Translations under genes and position numbers: made by a program
Notes under the pieces: generated by a model
Database searches by the model: none
What the model was told of the DNA's origin: nothing
The model's input: only the letters and a program-made list of their open reading frames with translations
Shown: piece after piece, positions 22,417 to 30,675 of the stretch
Position numbering within the stretch: the stretch's first letter is position 1
Layout of the letters: every line of letters starts with the position of its first letter
Assembly (NCBI RefSeq): GCF_004010195.1
Contig: NC_057719.1
Location: 58,448,411-58,479,085, forward strand
Source of the DNA: Chiloscyllium plagiosum
Lineage: Eukaryota
Length of the DNA stretch: 30,675 nt
Reading direction: 5' to 3'

Positions 22417-22800
22417 AGACCATAAGACAAAGAAACAGAGTGGAACATTTGGCCCATTGAATGCAGGAGCAGACTCAGTCAGTTCTTGACTGATGTGATA
22501 ATCCTTGACTTCATATTCTTTTTTCCATATCCTTGATCCCCTCATTAATTAAAAATCTGTTTCAAATTTGAGTATATTGAACAACACAGCCTTCTGTAAT
22601 AAAGAAATCTCCAGATTCATTATCCTCCTGAGAAAAATAAATTCCTGCTCATTTCTGTCTCCAATTGGTGAGTGATGTTTTACTCTGAGATTATGCCCTG
22701 TGGTCCTAGATTCTCCAACAAGGTGAAACAACATCTCCACATTACCTGTCAAGGTTCCTAAGAATCTTATGCTCCAGTAAGGTTACCTCCCATTCTTAAT
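22417..22800 (-). mobile_element. CR1 3' fragment
   Basis: AGACCATAAGAC end and LFHLVGESRTTGHNLRVK. Confidence 0.75.
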
Positions 22801-22889
22801 AAGGTCTCCTCTCATTCTGGAATTGGAAATGGTTTGAGGCAGTAACCAGTCATTTGAAGTTAATTTTGTAGGGGCTTTTCCTGGAAACA

Positions 22890-23680
22890 TGTGGACCTGA
22901 TTACAAAAAAGCAAAACAGTGATACAGGTGATAGGGTGTTAGTTGAGTAGATGGTCCAAAATTTAGTCAAACCATTATATCAAGATCATCCTTTAAAGAA
23001 AGGAAATAAACAGAATTGTATAGAATCTTAGAATCCCTTCAGTGCGGAAAGTGGCCATTCAGCCCATCAAGCCTGCACTGACCCTTTGAAGAGCATTCCA
23101 TCCAGAGTCCCTTCCCCACCCTATCCTCGTAACCCCACATTTACCTGGCTAATCCACTTAGCCTACACATCCCTGAACACTACAGAGCAATTTAGTCTGA
23201 CCAGTCTACCTAACCTGAAGATCTTTGGACTGTGGGAGGAAACTGGAGTACCCAGTGGAAACCCATGCAGACACAGGGAAAGAGTGCAAACTCTACACAC
23301 AGACAGTCGTCCAAGACTCCCAGGTCCCTGGCGCTGTGATGCAGCAGTACTAACCACTGCCACCATGCCACCCCAAGGAAGGAAGTTTCTAAGAAGGAAA
23401 TTCCAGAAGTTAACTTGAAGACACAGCTATCAGTAGTGGAACAATTAAAATTGGTAAGAATTAGGTGGAATGGAGAAACTCTGAGGTTTGTTGGAGTAAA
23501 GAAATTTCAGATATAGGGTGGGGTTGGTGGTGAGACACTAAATGATTTAAAACCAGGATTAGACATCTAAACTAAGGAGCTGTTTAACTGAGAGCCAGTT
23601 TTGGTCAGCAAGCACTGGGATTATGGATGATTAGGGAGGTCAGACAGGAGTGCATTGGATTAGGTGAGTTGTGAGGGAAC
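22890..23680 (-). mobile_element. Old L2-like LINE fragment, interrupted by a SINE
   Basis: Purine-rich + strand (CTTTAAAGAAAGG...GGAAATTCCAGA...GTGGAACAATTAAAATTGG) resembles recalled shark L2 3' regions. Highly diverged. Confidence 0.4.
23021..23373 (-). mobile_element. HE1-like V-SINE (tRNA head, V domain, CR1-derived tail)
   Basis: Minus strand GGCATGGTGGCAGTGGTTAGTACTGCTGCATCACAGCGCCAGGGACC head, V-domain TTTGCACTCTTTCCCTGTGTCTGCATGGGTTTCC...CCTCCCACAGTCCAAAGA, and an ATTCTAAGATTCTA tail. Confidence 0.9.
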
Positions 23681-23689
23681 CAACAAGAC

Positions 23690-25830
23690 GGAAAAACCTA
23701 CCTGGTCTTGTGCACCAATGTACCTGTTGCAATGCCTCTGTCCATGGTAGCAGAAGGAGGACTGACTGCCACATATTTGTTGTTACATTGATGGCATACC
23801 ACTATACTAAATAAGAGACGTCCAACAGATGTAATAATTCAAAACTGGGCTGTGGGCCATCAACAGCAGAATTATATTCAAGCACAATTTTCAATGTGGT
23901 GTCCTCCACTCTACCACTGCCATCGATCCAGAGATCAACCTTGGTTCAATGAAGAAGGCAGAAGCCCATGCTGGGAGCCGCACTATGCATACCAAAAAAT
24001 GAAGTAAAAAATCAAAGTACTGGAGAAACACAACAATTCTGACTGCATTTGTAGAGAGAAATATGATGTTCATGAAAAGTAACCTTTTACTTGAAAATAA
24101 GGTGTCACAGAACTACTTGCAGGACAAAACTGGAAGCAGCATTCAATAAAGAGCACTAAGCAATCTCGCAACCAATGTATCAGATCTAAGACCTTATTCA
24201 GTTGTGAATAGTTATGGATAATTAAACAACTAACAGTAGGAGCTTCTCCAAAAATAACCCCATCCTTAATCTAGCACATCAGTGCAAAAACAATGCTGAA
24301 TTATTTGCATCCATTTTCATCCAAAAGTGCCAAGTGGATGGCCCACCTTGGCCCCCTCTGATGGTGTCCAATATCATATGTGCCACTCTTTGACCAATTT
24401 CATTCACTTTATGTGCTATGAAGATAAAGTTGTATGGACATGATACTGTAAAAGCTATGGACCCTGACAACACTACAAATTTTCAAGCTGTTACAGTAAA
24501 AAACAAACTACTGGAAAACTGTCCAGTTATGTCCTGTTCACTAAAAACAGGAGAAATCCAACCTAATCAATTATTGCCCGAACCCTCTGCCATCCATCAT
24601 CTGCAAATTATGGAGTTGTTGACAGTGCTGTCAGGCTGCACTTAATAACTGTGCAGCAATGAGCAAGTTTCGCCAGGGATGCTTGATTCTGGACTTATTA
24701 CAGATTTGGTTTGTATATGGTTAAAACAGCTTATCTTCAGAGGTTAAGTGAGTGACTGCTTTTGACATTAAGGCAGTATTTGACTGGTGTGGAAACAGAC
24801 AGTCCAGCAAAAAAAATGGTATCAGTGGAAATTGGGGAATCTCTACACTATTTATATCGAGCACAAAGTAAAAAGGTTGTGTATGTTGAAGATCAATCAT
24901 GTCAGCCCAGTACTTCACGACAAGAGAATCTCAAGTTAGTGTCCTCAGGGCAAGCTATCTTCAGTTGTTTCATGAATGACGCTATCTCTATCCTAAGGTC
25001 AAACAAGGATATTTGCAACTTATTGTGAAATATTCAGCACCATTTGCAACACTAAAGCAGCCTGTGCCCATATGTAAGACCCAGACAACATCCAGACTTA
25101 AGATAAACAGCAAATAAGATTCACGTTCTGCAACTTGGTAATGACCACCTCTGGAAGAAAGTCTAACCATCTTTCCTTGATATTCATTAGCATTGCCCTC
25201 ACGGAATACCACACTGTCAATATCATGGGGGATTACTATTGGCCAAATGTTGAACTGTACCAGCTATATTAACACTGATTGCAAGAGCACAACAGTAGCT
25301 TGAAGATCTGAGGTGACTAATTCATTGCATAACTCTCCAAAGCATGTCCACCATCTACAAGGCGCAAGTCATGAGTATGCTGAAATACTTTCCATTTCCC
25401 TGGGTGAGGATAGTTTAAACAAAACTCAATAAACTGGACACTGTCCAGCATAAAGTTGCTTGTTTGATTGGAACCGCATTCACTGCCTTCAATGTTACTG
25501 TCTTCACCACTGGCACACAATGACAACGGTGTGTTACCATCTACAAGATACAGTGAGAAACTTAGCAATTCTCCTTTGAAGGCATCTTCCAATTCCTCAA
25601 CCTATTTGACCTAGAAGAAGAAGGACAGGAGATATACAGAAGTAAGCTCCTGCAAGTTTTCCATCCTGACTTGGAACTATATCACAAATCCTTTGCTGTA
25701 ACTTCAAAATTCTGAAGCTGTCTTAACAGTACCATGTGTATCTGTTTTCCTTGGACTGCAACAATTTAAGAATGCTGTTTACCACCGCCTTCTCAAAGGC
25801 ACTTACAGAAGGGCAATAAATGCTGGCCCA
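23690..25830 (+). mobile_element. Old CR1-clade LINE (decayed ORF2 to 3' end)
   Basis: KAMDPDN (KA.GPD.I-like) and AGTGTCCTCAGGGC (VPQG-like) remnants. The 3' end GGGCAATAAATGCTGGCC is shared with 6950-7030. Confidence 0.7.
23990..24095 (-). mobile_element. Highly degenerate Penelope-terminus repeat
   Basis: AAAGTACTGGAGAAACACAACAATTCTGACTGCATTTGTAGAGAGAAA resembles the reverse complement of 2950-3000. Confidence 0.45.
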
Positions 25831-25945
25831 ACCTCCTTTGGCTATGTGAAAACTATCTCAATGTAAACTGAAGGAATAAATAAAGAAACAAGACCAGCCC
25901 AGCAAAGCAAAATAGTAGTCATTTGAAGGAATGGAGTTATGATCT

Positions 25946-26075
25946 TGAAATAACTGTGCAGAGACTCGTATCCCATGGCCAAGTCCACCTTTATTTACGT
26001 GTACACGGTAAATTGGCAGTGGTGCACTAGCTCAGAGTCAGTCCCTGAACTGAGGAGATTCTGATTACTGTTTTA
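25946..26075 (-). mobile_element. 3' half (TATA region to terminal CA) of an LTR related to 242-433
   Basis: Minus strand TCAGAATCTCCTCAGTT...GTAAATAAAGGTGGACTTGGCCATGGGATACGAGTCTCTGCACAGTTATTTCA aligns with 323-433. Confidence 0.75.
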
Positions 26076-28352
26076 AAAAAAAGAAAACATACAATTAACA
26101 AACAGTTAACAGTAAACAGCCATATACAAGAAACAGCAAATTACAGGGGAAAGAGACAGAAAAACCAGACCCCATGCCCCACCGTACAACCAGTTCACAG
26201 GGAAACGAGGACAGACCTTGAATCCCACCTTATTGTCAAGATAACAGTAAATGCAATCACATACAGATAATTTGATAAACCGAGTAACAAAATAGTGCAT
26301 ATATTACAGATACTGGCAACCCAGCCAACCTCTCGTCCCTCCCACCTTCCGGTCACTCCAAGGCAGTCGGCTCCAGGCCCCTTCTGGCTCTCAGTCCGCC
26401 ATGACACACCTTCTGACCACCTCAAGGACAGCCCAACCTATTTCCCCACTGTCCCACCTCCCCACCACCATGCGCCAGGACGACTGCGATCCAGGTGGCC
26501 TACCCACCTTCCGGCTTCCCTAATCAGCCATTTCTAGGACAGCTGTCCCTATTACCCCTTCCTGGGACAACAGGGCTCAGAATGGCCTACCCACGCTCAG
26601 GCTCTCAGGGTGACAATTTTTGGGACAACCTACAAGCCTCACCATTCACAGTAATGCCTGCCAGACTAAGGAACACAAGACAGTGCAGGTGATAAACCCA
26701 AGAAGCAACAAGACAGTCAATTACCAACAAACAGAGTCCCTTCTGGTACTCTGGGTCCATTAATATAAACCGTTCTATTTTGAATGCAGAGAGCGTTCCC
26801 AGGAACAGAGTCCACTCCAGTGTGCGGAGTGCATCGCCAGAAACAGGGTCCACAACTGAAAGCAGAGTCTACTCCACTGTGGAGATTCTACTCCTGAAGA
26901 CAGGAAATGGATACCCCACAGCACACACAGGTATTCAGTCTCCATGGAGGCCTGGTCTATCCAGAGGGAACCAGGCCCACTTATAGGAATACAGTTAGTT
27001 ATAAAAGGGTGTGGTTAACTCACAGGGGAGGGTACACTCCAACAGGCAACAAATGCTCACCTCCTAGTGCGCACACACATAGGTATTCAGTCTTTATAGA
27101 GGCCTAGACCACCCATACAGGGCCAGGGTTACCCTCAGAGGAAGAGTTCATCTGGAAAGGTGCATTTTCTCACTGGGGCTCAGTCAAAACACCAAAAAAG
27201 TGAAGACACATGTAAAAAACAAAGGAAAACCAGATAGCAAGGGCTAAGTCCTGCCACAAATTCAGCATAGCCCCTTTCTCAAAGTAAAAGAAAAGAGTAA
27301 CACACAGGCTGTAACCAGTCAGTGAAACAGTAGTTCCCTAATGAGAACTGGAGTACACCTGTAACACATTGACTGTGCACGTCAGGCAGTTTAGAAATCA
27401 GTCCTCAATAAAAACGGAATACCAGTTAACAAACTGGCTGTGTACTTCAGCCAGTTCAGGAATCAGGTTCCCCTCTTCCCCCAAACAAAAACCAACAGCA
27501 GCAGAACACACTGGCTGTGTGACCAGCCAGCTCAGAGCCAGTCCCTGAACTGAGGGAGATTCTGAATCCCTTGTTTATTTTTTTAATCAGTACAAATTAC
27601 GAACAGTTAACAATGAACAGCAGTTTACAAGAAACAGCAATTTACAGGCAAAAGGGGCGGCAGGGCCAGACCCCAATCCCCACCGTACTACCAGTTCACA
27701 CAGAAACAAGGTTACCTCAAATCCCACCTTACATTATCATGAAGGAAACAGTGAACGCAATCACATGCAGACAGCGCAATAAACTGAACAGGAAACAGCA
27801 TATAGCAAGACATCCCTGGTAACCCAGCAAACCAACCATCCCTCCTTCCTTCCGGCCACTCAAGGTCAGGCCATCTCTATGCCCCTTCCGGCTCTCAGCC
27901 CTCCCTGACAGATCTGCTGGCCACCTCTAGGACAACCCAACCTGTTTCCCCACCGCCCCCACCCAGGTCAACAGTGATCAGGATGGCCTACCCAGCTTGT
28001 GGCTTCCCTCGAGGACAGCCCACCCTGGTATCTTCCCAGGATGACAGCGTTGAGGACAGTTACATGCCTTCTGGCTCTCAGTCTGCTGCTACATACCATC
28101 TGGCTCTCACCCACCCTGACACGCCATCCGGCCCATGGACTGCCCCGACACATCTTCCAGCCACCTCTAGGACAGCCCATCCTGCTCCCTGGGACGACAG
28201 CACACAGGGCAGCCCACAAGCCTTTCGGATCTTGGCCTTCACCTACGCACCTTCTGCCTCTTGGCCACTCCTGACACCTTCTGACATCCTCTAGGACAGC
28301 CCGCCCCGATTACCCCTTCTCGGGACAACAGCACTCAGAACGGCCTACTCAC
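26010..28352. repeat. Non-coding composite with a diverged direct duplication (26010-26600 vs 27510-28350) and internal sub-repeats
   Basis: CTCAGAG(T/C)CAGTCCCTGAACTGAGG occurs at 26031 and 27531, followed by co-linear blocks TACAAGAAACAGCAA, CCCACCGTAC.ACCAGTTCACA, AATCCCACCTTA, GCAATCACAT, GATTACCCCTT-type. Confidence 0.85.
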
Positions 28353-28369
28353 CTTTCTTCCTGGTGTTG

Positions 28370-29090
28370 GAAAACTGGAAGGAAGCAATTGAAACCGTCC
28401 TGACCACTAGAGAAAAAAAACAGTAGATGAACAGATGGGACTGAAGAGTGACCGGTCCCCCGGACCTGTTGCATTGTATCCTAAGGTTTTAAAGACCATT
28501 TCTAACAGATGGAGGATGCATTAGTTTTAATTTTCAACATATCTAGATTAAAGAAAGGTGTTTGCAGAATGAAAAACTGCAATTCCATGACAGGTATTCA
28601 GGAAAAGAGAAAGACAGAAAGCAGAAACTAAAACACCAATTGATCTCGAATCTTGAATTCCAAAAATTTGAGAATTTTATTAAAGCGATAATAGAATGAC
28701 ATTTACAAAATCATGATCCAGTCAGGCAGAATTTCCATAGTTTTGTGAATGGAAATTCTTTAAAGATGTAATAAATTGGGTGGATAACTGAAATCCAGTA
28801 GATGTGGTGTATTTGGAATTCCAAAAGGTGTTTCATTAAGAGTCACATGACAGCCTGCTGCCCAAAATATGAGCTCATAATATTGAGAAGTTATATTAAT
28901 GTGGAGGATTGATAATTTGCTAGAGTCTATTTCCAGAATCAGGATGGATGAATAATTTTCGATGTGAAAGCTGAATAATGGAGCATCACAGCATTAGTGT
29001 GCAGCCTCTAATTATTTACAGCCAAGTTATTGACTTGAATGAACAGGTATTTGTTGACACAAAAATGGGAGTGGAAATTGTAAGGAACTT
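28370..29090 (+). mobile_element. Old CR1 RT fragment
   Basis: GLKSDRSPGPVALYPKVLK and PVDVVYLEFQKVF remnants. Confidence 0.75.
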
Positions 29091-29649
29091 GATGATGTCT
29101 GGAATTTTGCTGAGTTAGAATGACTTGGGAACTCTTTAAAAATGACAGGTTCCAATCTCAGATTTCAGCTCCCAATTCTCATTTCTAGCTATTCTTGCCA
29201 GCATAGCATGAGAGGGCAGGGGCGAATCAGTTTAGAGACATTTTCATTGAATAGGGCCTCTTGAGTAAGTAGATATCATTCATGGCCTCTCAGACGATGT
29301 GTGAGCCATGGGGAATCCCTAGCCAAAGTGGGAAATCAAAACAATTATGCTTTCCTGGAATACTTTCTTTCAACAGGTTTTAAGATATAATAAAGCAATT
29401 TTTTTTCCAGTTTTGATCATAAGTTGCTGTTGTTACAGATTGATAACTTTTAAACAGCAATTCTAATTTCCAGTTAATGCCATGCACATGCATTATGCTC
29501 TTTCACACCAGGGAATTTTTTAAAGTTTTTTTTTAAACAGTGGATAAGCAAATTAGATTTGTCAGAGTGGTGTACTGTCAGAAGTCTGAGGTTTTGATTT
29601 TTCGTTGACACCTTTGGCCAGAACGATGGTCTCCTCAGCAGGAATACAA

Positions 29650-29752
29650 ATATTCCCCAATTTCCTTTTGCAAAAACAAGGAACTCATTATTGACTTTCG
29701 GCAGGATGTTACTCATGCCCCTCTAACGTTATCAGCACAGAGGTGGAATGAG
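29650..29752 (+). mobile_element. Rex1/L2-type RT C-terminal fragment
   Basis: K.KELIIDFRQ..HAPL...TEVE motif, truncated by the downstream CR1. Confidence 0.55.
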
Positions 29753-30675
29753 TTTTTTCGCATCAGAGAGCGGCGGGAGCTGGGCGGAAGTGAAAGCAGA
29801 GCGCAAAGCCGGTCGGGAAGGTAAGTGATTGTTATTTGAGTGGGTGTGTTCTAAACCCCAGGTCCTAAAAAGTAGGGCCTCCCTCCCTCCCTCCCTCCTC
29901 CTCTAACCTAAATTAAAAGTCCACAGACTTGCCCCAAAAAGAGGGTCCAAGGAAGTTCCTGTGGATTGAAGAGTGAGACTTTAGCTCAGGAGTCTTTGAC
30001 AAGGAGGTTGATTGAAGTGATTACGCCACAGTTGAAGAGAGTGAAGACATGATTGCCAAGTTGGTTCAGTGTGCCTGATGGTCTACATCCCAGGGTACTG
30101 AAGGAGGTGTTGTGGATGCGTTGGTGATTATTTTCCAGAGTTCGATAGATTCGGGATCAGTTCCTGCGGATTGGAGGGTGGCTAATGTTATACCATTTTT
30201 TAAGAAAGGTGGGAGAGAGAAAGCAGGAAATTATAGACCAGTTAGTCTGACCTCAGTGGTGGGAAAAATGCTGGAGTCTATTATAAAGGATGAAATTACG
30301 ACACATCTGGATAGTAGTAACAGGAGAGGTCAGAGTCAGCATGGATTTATGAAGGGGAAATCATGCTTGATGTGGGAGGTCACCGACTCTGGTGTGTCTG
30401 GCTCGTATAAGTGTGGAAAGTGTGTGCACGTTCAGCTACTGACAGAACATATTGCAGCACTGATGAAAGAACTCAAGGACCTTAGGCTCATCCGAGAGAA
30501 CGAGATCTTTCTGGACAAGACCTTCAGCGAGGTTATTACACCAATCGTAGCAGAAGAGAGCAGACGATGAGAAAGGCAGAGAAGAGACAGGTGCAAGAGA
30601 CCCCGGGGGAAGTACCTGTCAGGAACAAGTTGAATCTTTTGGAAACAGTAGAGACAGATGACACTGCCAGTCTGC
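29753..30675 (+). mobile_element. 5'-complete CR1 LINE: CpG-rich 5'UTR and ORF1 (continues beyond the window)
   Basis: CpG cluster with GGCGGAAGTG (29783-29792) and an ATG at 30049. The ORF1 zinc finger/leucine zipper reads VQCA|SCLMWEV..YKCGKCV..LL..L..LKDLRLIRENE. Confidence 0.85.
30049..30675 (+). pseudogene. CR1 ORF1 (zf/leucine zipper), disrupted by a 285-bp RT-derived insertion and a later frameshift
   Basis: Removing 30076-30360 restores MIAKLVQCASCLMWEVTDSGVSGSYKCGKC. After the stop at 30568-30570 another frame gives ETPGEVPVRNKLNLLETV. Confidence 0.85.

Noticed and set aside
23320..23373. tRNA gene
   Set aside because: SINE head without B box or acceptor stem.
27302..27545. CRISPR array
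   Set aside because: Vertebrate-type DNA with no cas genes. The repeats are too divergent and derive from an LTR, so it is kept only as an unexplained array.
27968..28294. Overlapping ORFs of 83-106 aa
   Set aside because: A by-product of C-rich modular repeats, not preserved in the other body copy.
30112..30570. Novel 152-aa protein-coding gene
   Set aside because: Explained as an RT fragment fused to CR1 ORF1. An in-frame TGA at 30076 separates it from the true ATG.

Overview
Eukaryotic, repeat-dense, apparently intronic or intergenic DNA, most likely from a cartilaginous fish (HE1-type V-SINE, HER1/CR1 LINEs, shark-type Penelope termini; family names are from recall, not a database search). 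I find no intact host gene, and the longer ORFs are decayed retroelement fragments. From left to right: (1) the 3' LTR of a Gypsy element inserted into a decayed Gmr1-type Gypsy element with gag-PR-IN order; (2) a CR1-clade LINE whose endonuclease sits directly behind a tRNA-derived SINE head; (3) a repeat-free island with a CTCF motif and an enhancer-like motif cluster; (4) several nested CR1 LINEs and Penelope (GIY-YIG) elements whose termini carry decayed minimal hammerhead ribozymes; (5) an unexplained ~2.4 kb non-coding composite at 25.9-28.4 kb, made of a half-LTR, a 1500-bp-offset duplication and four hairpin repeats separated by unique spacers; (6) a 5'-complete CR1 with a 5'UTR intron and an ORF1 split by a 285-bp RT-derived insertion. 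The best candidates for something undescribed are the composite and the SINE-headed LINE. Both are inferences that need genome-wide copy analysis.
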